64,000 bases of DNA. It comes from Nitrososphaerales archaeon. GTDB taxonomy: Archaea > Thermoproteota > Nitrososphaeria > Nitrososphaerales > UBA213. This document shows positions 46,123-56,365 of the stretch, piece by piece. The notes below the pieces were generated by a model. It saw nothing but the letters and a program-made list of their open reading frames with translations. It had not been told where the DNA came from and searched no databases. Every line of letters begins with the position of its first letter. Positions within the stretch are counted from its first letter, which is position 1. The position numbers and the translations under genes were made by a program. The DNA is taken from contig CBDAOC010000020.1 in assembly GCA_965197925.1 (NCBI GenBank), forward strand, positions 896,001 through 960,000. The letters are read 5' to 3'.

Positions 46123-47002
46123 CAACTGATCCCAAAACTGATCATTTAGTGAATAATTGACGATCATTTGGATCTATTTGCAATGCTGCCCGTAGCAGAT
46201 CATGAAATTTCAGGAGATAACAGGTGAACAATGGAAGATGATATCACCGCATCTCCCCAAGCCAGCCAGAACCGGAAGGCCAAGGGCAGACGACAGAAAG
46301 ACAGTCAACGGAATCCTGTTTGTCGGGATAACAGGATGCAGGTGGACTGGGATGTCACAAAGGTACGGCTCCAAATCAACTGCGCACCGCAGACTGCAGA
46401 ACTGGCAGCGACGTGGAATATGGAAGAATATCCTCTCCGCTGCAGTCAAATCAGCCCACAGATCAGGCAAGATGCAGCTGCAAAAAACGGTCGATTCGTC
46501 ATCAGTTCCGGCCAAAAAAGGGGAAGCGTCATAGGATACAACGGATTCAACAGGATTTCAGGCACAAAAATACACGTTGCGGTGGAACAAAACGGACTGC
46601 CAGTCTCAGTAGTGATGGGTCCTGCAAATCAGCATGACTCTGCAAGATTTGTAGACGTGATGGATGGCATCTCACAATATCTGGATGAGAGATCTATCAG
46701 AAAAATTGCGCGGTGCCAAGCAGACAAGGGCTATGATGCAGAATTCATCAGGAAATACCTCACCAAAAGAAAAATCTCTGACTGCATACCTTACAGAAAA
46801 AACAGTAAGACACAACAACAAAATGATAATACAGAACAATACCTATACGGCAAGACGCGCTATGTTGTGGAGAGATTCTTTGCCTGGTTGAAGAATGGGT
46901 TCCACAGAACCAGGATCAGATATGAGAAGAATGCACAAAACTATCTGGCATTTGTTATCATTTCGTCGATTATGATGTATTGGAGAGTATTGGGATGACT
47001 TC
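46123..47002 (+). mobile_element. IS type A-related element (copy 4), apparently intact, 880 bp, ATT target duplication
   Basis: Imperfect IRs; orfA 46202-46534 and -1 orfB to 46998 via AAAAAAGGGG; ADKGYD retained. Confidence 0.9.
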
Positions 47003-47538
47003 ATTATATAAACTCAAAAGTCGGACTTTACTAGTTTATATTAACAAGTGTTTACTTGCAGTCAGTTGCACTGTATACGCGAATGATAAATAACAATATT
47101 ACCCTAATTCAGTCAGATTGAATGACTATGATTACTGTTCAAGGTGTGGTAGACTTTATGACTATCTAGATTTGAAACCTTACAATTTAAATTGGTTCTG
47201 TAAGAGGTGTTACAAGGAAAGGGTGACGGTGGATTCTATAGCAATAGGCGGGGCTCCAACCAACTGAAGAGTTAAAGACCGTGATGAGTTGAAGAGTTTG
47301 GTTCATTTAATATTCTATTAGCCTATAATTATCTTCTCATAGAGAACAAACAACACTTGCCCCATACCAGAACAAAATCTCCATATGAAGTGATAGAGAG
47401 GAATAAGATGGCGGGTTATCAATGGGTTTCCTGTTTCAGGATCAATGAATATTTGGTAGACAGATCCAAGATAGCATTAGGTATCGTTCACTCGCTTTGG
47501 AGGAACAATTATTGATAAAGGACTTTACAGGGTTTTTC

Positions 47539-47770
47539 TATGGTAAGTAGGTTGGTTACAGCTGGTATAATTGCTGGAGTAATAATTACGACTGCCATTT
47601 CAGCGTTGTCTATTTTCAAGATGCCAACAATTCTAACACACAAACATCACGGCTGATAGAAAAAGTTACACTAACGGCTATACTGAGCCAAAAGGAAGAT
47701 GGGTATTCTTTTCGATGATTCGTTACAGGAGTTGAAAAGTCACACAATTGGAAATTGAAATATGTTGGAA
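47539..47770 (+). pseudogene. Possible remnant of a secreted solute-binding protein N-terminus
   Basis: MVSRLVTAGIIAGVIITTAIS TM segment, then VTLTAIL in a shifted frame. Confidence 0.3.
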
Positions 47771-47800
47771 GATCCTAGAATTATTCTACAAGCCGTCAAT

Positions 47801-49748
47801 TTAAGCTGGATTATCTAATGCTTGTATTGAATCTGGATTTTCTAAACTGGATAGGTCGCCCAGTTCAGTTTTCAATATCTTTGCTCTTATCAGCCTTCTA
47901 ACTATCTTTCCGGTTCTGGTTTTTGGTAGATCCCCAACGATCTTCACATCTTCTGGCTTTGAGATTTTTCCTATCCGATCTGCAACATATGTCTTCAATT
48001 CTTGTTTTATAGATTCATAAGAACTGCATTCTTGCTTAAGCACGATATAAAGAATAATGGCTTCGCCCTTTAGCTCATGCGGTATGCCTATAGCAACAGC
48101 TTCCAAAACTGCTGGATGTTGTGAAAGAACAGCTTCTATTTCTGCACTGCTTATCCTATGGCCAGCAACCTTGATAACATCATCTATCCTGCTATATAGA
48201 TACCACAAGCCGTCCGAATCGTTCACAGCCCAATCACCATGAAGCCAAACATCATCATACTTTGACCAATAGGTCTTGATATAACGATCTGGCTTACCCC
48301 ATAATCCCCGGGTCATTCCTGGCCATGGTTTCTTGATCACCAGATAGCCCGTTACTCCTCTCACAGATTTACCAGATTCATCAAATACGTCAACATCAAA
48401 ACCCGGAACTGGTCAGCCAACTGTGCTGGGCTTTAATGACAATATTGGTAAGGGGCTGAGTATTGCACCGTCCACTTCTGTTCCACCTGAAAGATTCATA
48501 ATTGGACATCTTGATTTTCCCACCTTTTCAAAGAACCAGTTCCATTCATCCGGATTTAAAAGTTCACCGGTTGATGCAAGGATCCTCAAAGTATCCAATC
48601 TATAATTTCTTAAAGATTTATCATACTTCATGAATAGACGAATAACTGTAGGAGATGCACCGAATATGGTAAACCTTATGATCATCAATCATACGAAACC
48701 ATCTATCTGGCTCTGGGTAATTAGGAGCTCCATCGTATACCAATGCAGTGCTTCCTAGTATAAGCGAACCATAAACCGTCCATGTCTGCCCCGTTATCCA
48801 ACCAATATCTGCAGGCCAAAAAAGTAGATCACTGTCTTTTAGATCAATAAGATAAGCTGTTTGCTGTGCAGCAAAAACTGTGAAACTTCCTTGAACATGC
48901 AATGTACCTTTCGGCTTTCCCGTTGTTCCTGAAGTGTAAAGAATAAAAAGTGGATCTTCAGAATCCATAATTTCACAACTACATTCGCTTGATTGTTCAT
49001 CAACAATTTTATCATGCCATAGATCTCTTCCATCAATCCATTTAATATCGTTCTTAGCATACCTGTACACGATAACCTTACTTACAGTCAGGCATGAAGC
49101 CAACGCTTCATCGGCACAATTCTTTAAATCTACTAGACATCCTCTTCTGTAGTAACCATCTGCGGTAATTAGCAACTTTGCCCCCGAATCGTTGAGCCTT
49201 CCAGCTAGAGAGGCAGCACTGAAACCAGAGAAAACTACACTATGTATTGCACCAATCTTTGAACATGCAAGTATGGATACCAAAGCTTCAGGAATCATAG
49301 GCATGTAAATTCCTACTACATCACCCTTACAAATGCCCAATATCTTTAGAGCATTAGCAAGTTTATTGGTCATAACATAAAGGTCAGAGTATGAAATTTC
49401 CCGTTTAAATCCATTCTCTCCTTCCCATATGTAGGCAAGTTTTTCTTTTCTCCATGTCTTCATGTGTCTGTCTAAGCAATTGTATACGATATTGCATTTT
49501 CCGTTAACGAACCACTTCGCCCACGGGTTACCATTTGAGGTATCAAGAACCCGCGAATATGGTTTGAACCAATCTATATTAAGATCTTTATTTACAGCAT
49601 CCCAATACCATTCTATGTTATCAGAAGATCTATTGATCAGTTCATCGTAACCCGTTATTGAATTCTTGTCCATAAATCGCTTGATGTTGCTCATATCTAC
49701 AGTCTCCTTGGAAGGTCTAAAGGCTATGCCGGAATGTTTGTGCGTCAC
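47801..49748 (-). pseudogene. Acetyl-CoA/acyl-CoA synthetase (AMP-forming), frameshift near 48670 and TGA at 48413-48415
   Basis: YTSGTTGKPKG, ADIGWITG, SGGTE, HGD, R.DDVIKVAGHRI, PKTRTGKI. Confidence 0.88.
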
Positions 49749-49978
49749 AGGTATAATTAATATATAACTAGATATAGAAGTTATCCGAATTTTACAATCG
49801 TCATATAAATTTCCTCCAACCTTTGTTAAATATTATAATAGATGACTGTCTTTGTAAATAGAAGCGGTGTCGACAATTTTCTAAAATATAAGATTCTGGG
49901 ATTTGCAACCTGCTGCCTATGGCTTACTGTTTTTCTTGACAATCACACATCAGAGAAGTTGAGATGGGGGTTGATTTT

Positions 49979-50473
49979 TTAGGTCTCCTTAGTTACCCTC
50001 GTTGCAACTATCTCTTTGCTTTCCTTATCCACCACTATATGCATCTTGATGAATCCCCTTACATACCACTTTTCCCTCAACAATTCTCCCTTGTTTGCTA
50101 CCTTTGTACCGGTGGAATCTACAGCTATTACAATAACATCCTCCTTCATAATTGATGGGTCTATCTTAACATCCATCTTCGCTACCCTCCATGCTATGCT
50201 TGTATAGTCAGGTGTATGCAAACCTCCAACATGTTTTGTTAATACCTTTGTGAATTCTTCTAACTGCCTGTATGGTAGCAGGTAAGCATGCACAACAGAA
50301 AGCATCACTAGGAATGATTCTGGATACACGAATGGCTTGCCTACTTTACCTTCATTCATTCTTGCAAGCTCATTAGGCCATGAATCTATGAAATCCATAT
50401 CAAGAAGTATCTCTCCCCTTCTTATAGCTGCCTTATTGTACCCTTTCCAGGTCATATCAGCCATAAATCTCAA
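49979..50473 (-). mobile_element. IS type E (IS5 family) truncated transposase
   Basis: W..YN.A.IRRGE, MNEGKVG.PF.YP, AVDSTG.KV. Confidence 0.8.
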
Positions 50474-50596
50474 TGATAATAACTGATCGAAATCTCATTC
50501 CATCAAACATTCATGATCTTCTGGTTAATTATTCGACACAGCAATAATAGCAGAAAAGTTATATACATCAATTCCATTTTTCTAAATCAGATTAAT

Positions 50597-50953
50597 ATGA
50601 AAAAGCCTACAGTTTATGGTCTGATTGTGGCTGTTTTGCTAGTTGCGGGTTCAGCTGGCTCAGTTTGGGCTCAGTATGGTGCAGGTTCAGGACAAATAGC
50701 AACACCGGAACAGGTTAAAGAATGCCAGCAACTGGGAATACCAGAGGTTACTTGCACGGAGACTAGTCTCCTTGCAAAGAGGAGAATGGTATCAGCAGGT
50801 CAGACAGGAGCATATGGTTCTGGTACGTCTATGATTAGTAAGACATTTGGCGAGATGGGTGTGGTCTTAGGAGCACTTGCTGCAATCTTTGGGGTAGTAG
50901 CGATCGTATTCTTTGCTAAAAGTAGAGTAGGAAAGGAAGCAGAAACAAAGTAA
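50597..50953 (+). CDS. amoZ: Probable ammonia monooxygenase accessory subunit AmoZ
   Basis: Signal peptide (VWA-Q), Cys pair CQQLGIPEVTC, C-terminal TM helix; linked to amoB. Confidence 0.7.
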   Translation: MKKPTVYGLIVAVLLVAGSAGSVWAQYGAGSGQIATPEQVKECQQLGIPEVTCTETSLLAKRRMVSAGQTGAYGSGTSMISKTFGEMGVVLGALAAIFGVVAIVFFAKSRVGKEAETK

Positions 50954-51058
50954 AACCTTCCTTACTTTTTGTTTTAAGAAATTTGTGTCTCCTATCATAT
51001 TCATAAGAATAAAGTATAAGAGATGCAGAAATGTATATATTCATGCAGGGGGAGCACT

Positions 51059-51337
51059 ATGTCAATGATTGGTATAATCGGGTTGGTTTCGTGGATTAGT
51101 TCCTCCTTAACAGACATGGCTGGACAGATAGGTCCTGTATACGATCCACTGTTCTATGATGTAATGGTGTACATATTTGGTACGATGGTTTTCGCGGTAT
51201 TCTTACTGGGCGTTATCTCATTCTGGTTAAGAAGAAAAGGGCTAGGCGGTACGGCAAAGGAGAAGTGGGTTGAGGAACTTGAGAAGCACTATGAAAGAGA
51301 AGGCGTCGGCCTTATACCAGAAGAGTCTAGGAAGTAA
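51059..51337 (+). CDS. amoY: Probable ammonia monooxygenase accessory subunit AmoY (alternative start 51116)
   Basis: Single TM helix then LRRKG.GG..K.KW.EE amphipathic tail; between amoZ and amoB. Confidence 0.65.
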   Translation: MSMIGIIGLVSWISSSLTDMAGQIGPVYDPLFYDVMVYIFGTMVFAVFLLGVISFWLRRKGLGGTAKEKWVEELEKHYEREGVGLIPEESRK

Positions 51338-51387
51338 GAAACGTCTACACTTTCTTTTTCTATTTTGCTTAAGATTTGCGTTACTAA

Positions 51388-52369
51388 GCCTTGTTGCATA
51401 ACTAACCGATTGTTCTACCAATCCAGCTTTAGATCATAACATTTTCTGTCATTTCATGAATTGGAAAACATAGAATTATTCACTAATAAGTAGAGGTGAG
51501 ATTATCATGTCATTTGACGTGATGGGTTCCCGGAAGACAGAACTAGATGGGATGAACAAGGGAAAGAAAGGAAGACAATACCAGAATCCTTCATGAAATT
51601 ACTGGGATATGCATGTGCATATATTGTATAGTCATACAGACAAACCCAAGGAATGGTACAGGCACATTGTTCCATGTGTATTCCCAGGGCACCAAACTGC
51701 ATCTCCATCAACAGTAGCATCAATAAACTAGACATCAACGTCAATCCAAATATAGGAAAGGATGTTGTCATTGCCATTGATTCTACAGGTATCATAGCTA
51801 ACCGTGGAGAGTAGATGAGACACAAATGGAAATCAAGGCGAGGATTTCTCAAGATACATGTGGACGTTGACATCAAAACCAAGAAGATAATATCATACAA
51901 AATTACCGATGAGCATTCTCATGATGCTCAACATCTTCCTTCTCTTGTGAAACAAGCTTCCAATAAGTTCCAGATTACAAAGGTGCTGGCGGACGGTGCA
52001 TATGATTCCATGAATAATTTCTCATGTCTATATCACAAGGGTATAATTCCAGCAATACGTGTGAGAAAGAATTCAACTGGTAAGGTAACAGGTTGTTATT
52101 CAAGAAAGATATCTTTGATATCGCAGCTGACCAATTACAATTACTGGAAGGATAGCGTAAGCTATGGGCACCGTTGGATTATGGAATCCGTGTTCTCATC
52201 ATTCAAGAGAATGTTTGGAGAACATGTTATGGCTCACAAGACAAAAAATATGATAAAAGAATTGGAACTGAAGATATCGCTGTATAACTTGTTTGTAAGT
52301 ATTTGAACAAGCAAAAAACAAAACAAGTTATTACAATCTCATCAAGACGAATTAGATATGCAACGAGGC
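51388..52369 (+). mobile_element. IS type E full-length degenerate element, 982 bp
   Basis: IRs GCCTTGTTGCATAACT / AGATATGCAACGAGGC; KIHV.VD, LADGAYD, RW..ESVFS.FKR.FG; stops in 5' half. Confidence 0.9.
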
Positions 52370-52446
52370 AGTTAACATTTCTTAACAATGTTTAGAACTC
52401 AACATTATCTTTACTTAAATTAAGGAAAAAAGGGTGTGTGGAATGT

Positions 52447-53004
52447 TTAGATCACTTGCCAGGGCCTTGTCACTAATGATACTCCTAGTCCTACTGCAAT
52501 GATTATAGATTGATATATTACATTACCAGTTGAAACAGGTTTCACTATTGGTTCTCCTGATACAACAACCGTTTGGCCAGGACCTAGACCTGGACCTATG
52601 TTCGCAACATTAAGTTGTGTATGCAGGTGATATAAACCCGGTTCAAGTGCTTTGACTCTCAATACGTAATCTATCTCGCCATTTGCAGGAATATCGAATA
52701 CGTTTCCAGGTGGGTCTCTTGAAATGAACTCCCATCTATTACCAGCATTGGTGGAATCACTGAATATAGAGAGCCAAGCCCTCGAATCTCTATTAATCAG
52801 ACTTACCAGCTTTCCTCTAACCTCTATTATCTCCCCAGTTTGAACCGTTTGAGCAGAGAAGGTCTCATCAGTGATCCTGATGAATCTACTCTGGAGTTGA
52901 GCCTGCACACCATGTCCCCACGCATTTTCTATTACTACTGTAGCAATGCTAAATACCAATACCACAGCAAGACTTGACATTATTACCGCCTTGCCTGTCT
53001 TCAT
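52447..53004 (-). CDS. amoB: Ammonia monooxygenase subunit B
   Basis: Signal peptide then HGVQAQLQSRF; NAGNRW, YHLHTQLNV, GPGLGPGQ. Confidence 0.97.
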   Translation of the reverse strand: MKTGKAVIMSSLAVVLVFSIATVVIENAWGHGVQAQLQSRFIRITDETFSAQTVQTGEIIEVRGKLVSLINRDSRAWLSIFSDSTNAGNRWEFISRDPPGNVFDIPANGEIDYVLRVKALEPGLYHLHTQLNVANIGPGLGPGQTVVVSGEPIVKPVSTGNVIYQSIIIAVGLGVSLVTRPWQVI

Positions 53005-53272
53005 TAATCCTTAAGCACAAGGTACAAAGATATATATTTTATCTTCATAAAATTTTTATTTATAACTCGATTAGAATAATTGTCTAATGTATAACTTCAA
53101 TGTTTATCATCGATGTTCATTTTTACAGTGTTGAAATTTAGCAGTTATTGGAACTAATTTATTCAAATTGCTTCTAATTAGTAGGTGTACTAATGAAATA
53201 AATCTATTTTTCATTAAAGATTTAAATGGTAACCCTATTATACCAGAAAGACGATTCTAAGTTTGAGTAAAT

Positions 53273-53836
53273 ATGGCACAAATGCCAGCATTAATTCCGA
53301 AAGAGGTAGAGATACAGAGACTGAAGAAAGTAATGATCATGATTATCGTTCTCGGATCCGTTGCTGCTTCGGTTGAAGTCGATAACTTCGTTGACGGTTC
53401 ATTACACCAAACTTCGATCAGAGATTCAGCATTCACACCAGCGCATTGGTGGCTCTACAGTCACTTTGTGGCTTTGCCATTGGGTTGGGGCGCTGTGATG
53501 ATATATGACCGGAGAATTCCATCACTACGCGGTCCAAACAATACAGTGAACACCGGTCTGAAGATAACCGTTATCGGTTACCTTGGAACTATGTTCACAA
53601 TCGGTATCAACGAGATGTGGCACTTTTGGTTTGTTGAGGAAATCTTTGCTGTGCCCAACCACTGGTCATTCAACATGGGTGTCGTTCTGGCATTCATGGG
53701 TGCATTGGGTTATGTGGTCAGAGTCTATGCTCGTATGATAGAGCTTGGTGTGGAAACACCACCGAGGAACCCATACGTAGCAGAGATGTACAAGATGGCT
53801 TTAGAGGGCAAACTTTACAGTAGAAGCATACCATAA
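53273..53836 (+). CDS. amoC: Ammonia monooxygenase subunit C
   Basis: MAQMPALIPKEVEIQRLK, EVDNFVDGSLHQTSIRDSAFTPAHWW, NEMWHFWFVEE. Confidence 0.98.
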   Translation: MAQMPALIPKEVEIQRLKKVMIMIIVLGSVAASVEVDNFVDGSLHQTSIRDSAFTPAHWWLYSHFVALPLGWGAVMIYDRRIPSLRGPNNTVNTGLKITVIGYLGTMFTIGINEMWHFWFVEEIFAVPNHWSFNMGVVLAFMGALGYVVRVYARMIELGVETPPRNPYVAEMYKMALEGKLYSRSIP

Positions 53837-53855
53837 GCGTGCTAGATAAAACCCC

Positions 53856-53882
53856 GTCCCCAAGTGGGACTCTTTTGTTTGT
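53856..53882 (+). terminator. Hairpin GTCCC-CAAGT-GGGAC plus T-rich tract after amoC
   Basis: Read directly. Confidence 0.55.
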
Positions 53883-54108
53883 TAAAGCCAACGTGAGTTA
53901 AGTTTGCTATTTTGGTTCAACAACATAATTCATGTTCGTAGGGTTGAATATTCAAGAATTTTAAGGTCTTATCATTTCTTGGCCCAAATTCTCTGGAATC
54001 TACTATAGTTTGAAAATACTCATGAATATATACATTCTAATATTAAACATATTTTTTTATGGAATCCCCACAGTAATATTTAAAAACCATTTGACTTGTA
54101 ATAGTCAT

Positions 54109-54366
54109 ATGTCTAGAGAAGCTCCAAGGGATGAAGTTGAAAGGATGATTGGAAAAAGAGTGGAGAACATGAAGGGGGTTTTCATAGTGGGATTCATATT
54201 GGCTTGGGCTGCGTTAGCAGTTGGTATTTATGTAGGAGTTACTTACTATCCATGGGCATATGCGTTCAAAAGTGGAATGTTTGCACTTGTTGTGCTGACA
54301 ATTATAGAGGCATTAGGATTCCTCTTCATCTGGAAGATAGCAATGGAGAAGCCAGTAAATCCTTAG
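54109..54366 (+). CDS. amoX: Ammonia monooxygenase subunit X
   Basis: 85 aa, two TM helices, between amoC and amoA; IGKRVENMKG, YYPWAY. Confidence 0.9.
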   Translation: MSREAPRDEVERMIGKRVENMKGVFIVGFILAWAALAVGIYVGVTYYPWAYAFKSGMFALVVLTIIEALGFLFIWKIAMEKPVNP

Positions 54367-54469
54367 ACGAAGAATTTTTTATCATAGAATTTCTTATTTT
54401 ATTAAAAATAGATCTAGAATATATTATTTTAGATGCCTTTAGTAATAGGCAATAAAGAGTCATAAAATC

Positions 54470-54477
54470 TTATATAA
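54470..54477 (+). promoter_or_regulatory. TATA box of amoA (TTATATAA), probably a leaderless transcript
   Basis: 24 nt before the ATG, with A-rich BRE-like bases upstream. Confidence 0.6.
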
Positions 54478-54501
54478 TGGTCTTCAGGCATTAGTTCTAA
54501 T

Positions 54502-55152
54502 ATGGTCTGGATGCGACGCTGTGTGCACTACCTATTCATAGTAGTGGTTGCAGTAAACTCAACACTACTGACTATAAATGCTGGTGACTACATATTCTAT
54601 ACAGACTGGGCATGGACATCCTTTGTTATATTCAATCTTTCTCAATCAACGATGCTCGCAGTAGGAGCGGTATACTACCTGACATTCACAGGGGTGCCAG
54701 GTACAGCGACGTATTATGCCACTATAATGACGATATATACTTGGGTTGCCAAAGGTGCTTGGTTAGCGTTAGGGTATCCATATGATTTCATAGTTACACC
54801 TGTTTGGATACCGAGTGCGATGTTGTTGGACCTTGTGTACTGGTCAACTAAGAAGAATAAACATGCAACAATACTGATAGGCGGTGTGCTGATAGGAATG
54901 ACAATGCCGCTCTTTAATATGATGAACTTGATTTTAGTAGCTGATCCCTTGGAAATGGCATTCAAGTACCCGAGACCTACACTGCCTCCGTACATGACGC
55001 CTATAGAACCCCAAGTAGGAAAGTTCTATAATAGTCCGGTGGCTCTTGGGGCGGGTATTAGTGCAGTATTATCGGTGCCTTTGGCTGCATTAGGGGCGAA
55101 GCTAACGACATGGACGTATAGATGGGCGGCTGCTTGGAGCAAGTGGGACTAA
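54502..55152 (+). CDS. amoA: Ammonia monooxygenase subunit A
   Basis: 216 aa; NSTLLTINAGDYIFYTDWAW, KYPRPTLPPYMTPIEPQVGKFY, WSKWD. Confidence 0.99.
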   Translation: MVWMRRCVHYLFIVVVAVNSTLLTINAGDYIFYTDWAWTSFVIFNLSQSTMLAVGAVYYLTFTGVPGTATYYATIMTIYTWVAKGAWLALGYPYDFIVTPVWIPSAMLLDLVYWSTKKNKHATILIGGVLIGMTMPLFNMMNLILVADPLEMAFKYPRPTLPPYMTPIEPQVGKFYNSPVALGAGISAVLSVPLAALGAKLTTWTYRWAAAWSKWD

Positions 55153-55190
55153 AAACCCCCTTTTTTAATTTTTATAGTAATACTGCATGT

Positions 55191-55220
55191 TTTTCAAATG
55201 GTTAATTTTCAAATGGTTAA
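55191..55220. repeat. 2 x 15-bp tandem duplication TTTTCAAATGGTTAA
   Basis: Read directly. Confidence 0.9.
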
Positions 55221-55244
55221 TAATCGATGTCCATTAATCGGGGT

Positions 55245-55427
55245 ATGAAGAAATTCTATCCTAAACCTCAAAGTTGTAATATATGTAATGCTAATTTGCT
55301 TGAGATGGAATCGGAAAACTTTTCTGTACTTGTAAAAGAAAATGAGAAATTGGTAGGTCATTCTCCAGTTTTAACCAAGTATGAATGTACTCAATGTGGG
55401 GATGAAATGGATCCTAAAGCACCCTGA
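55245..55427 (+). CDS. Small Zn-ribbon protein
   Basis: CNIC...CTQC. Confidence 0.6.
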   Translation: MKKFYPKPQSCNICNANLLEMESENFSVLVKENEKLVGHSPVLTKYECTQCGDEMDPKAP

Positions 55428-55494
55428 TAAATGGGAAAAAATTTAGGTTATGTACTGATTAGTTATCTTATTCAAATTAAAGAAAAATAATTTT

Positions 55495-55698
55495 TTATCG
55501 GCTCTTAGTGGCTGAAACTACAATAAACACTGCTAGTCCTACACCAAGTCCTACCATCAGCGGCACAAAAGCCTTCAATGATTCACTCAAAAAGGCCTCC
55601 TGTCCCTTTAACTCCTGTCCGAAAGCACTTTCAAAGGCAAATGATACAATAACCAGCCCAAGCAAAGTCAACAACAAATTTCTCCGCAAGCCCTTCAT
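55495..55698 (-). CDS. Small membrane protein (signal peptide plus one TM helix)
   Basis: ..SAFG-Q cleavage-like site; C-terminal VPLMVGLGVGLAVFIVV. Confidence 0.65.
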   Translation of the reverse strand: MKGLRRNLLLTLLGLVIVSFAFESAFGQELKGQEAFLSESLKAFVPLMVGLGVGLAVFIVVSATKSR

Positions 55699-55849
55699 CG
55701 TATAGGTATCTGTAGAGGTATAATATAACTATGATGGTCTTAACGAAAACAGGTATACATCTGTAACCATTAGATGAGAGTTGCCATTTAAGCGAGAATA
55801 AAATTTATCTAGTTTAATTGTAGAGTAGTCACTCAATCAAATATTGATG

Positions 55850-55937
55850 AGCCTCGGGCGGGATTCGGACCCGCGACCTCTTCCTTACCAAGGAAGCGCT
55901 TTGACCATTAATTCTAGCCAGGCTGAGCTACCGAGGC
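55850..55937 (-). tRNA. tRNA-Thr(GGT) with 13-nt non-canonical D-arm intron (55901-55913)
   Basis: Cloverleaf after intron removal; anticodon arm CTTCC-TTGGTAA-GGAAG; BHB-like junction. Confidence 0.9.
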
Positions 55938-56247
55938 ATGAAGAACTCGCTTATTTGGATAACTTATTAACTTTCCTAGATCAGACTTGTTATTCAGTTC
56001 ACTGCAGAGTTTTCTTCTCATCTTTAATCCATATTAATATCATGGATGATCCTGCAAAGACTTGTAATCATCGTAGAGAAGTTCACCTTCTGGAAACCTT
56101 GCAAGATTCCTCCCCCTTTTTGGTTCCAGCTATATGATCTACTAAGCTATATGTTCATGCAACACATAATCTATGCCTTGTGAAGACAAAGAGGTTTCCG
56201 TGTGTGTTAAAAGGTTTAAGTTATGACTTGCGAGTTAGTCTAGTGTC

Positions 56248-56365
56248 GCGGGGGTTGCCGAGCCTGGCCAAAGAGGCTAGAAAAATTGGAAGCGCGGGAC
56301 TTAAGATCTTAGAATGGGTGATCCCGTCTCTTAGGAGTTCGTGGGTTCGACTCCCACCCCCCGCA
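56248..56365 (+). tRNA. tRNA-Leu(TAA) with two introns (56274-56291 in the D-arm; 56306-56320 at 37/38)
   Basis: 85-nt mature cloverleaf with long variable arm; BHB-like helices CCAA/TTGG and CTTA/TGGG. Confidence 0.9.
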
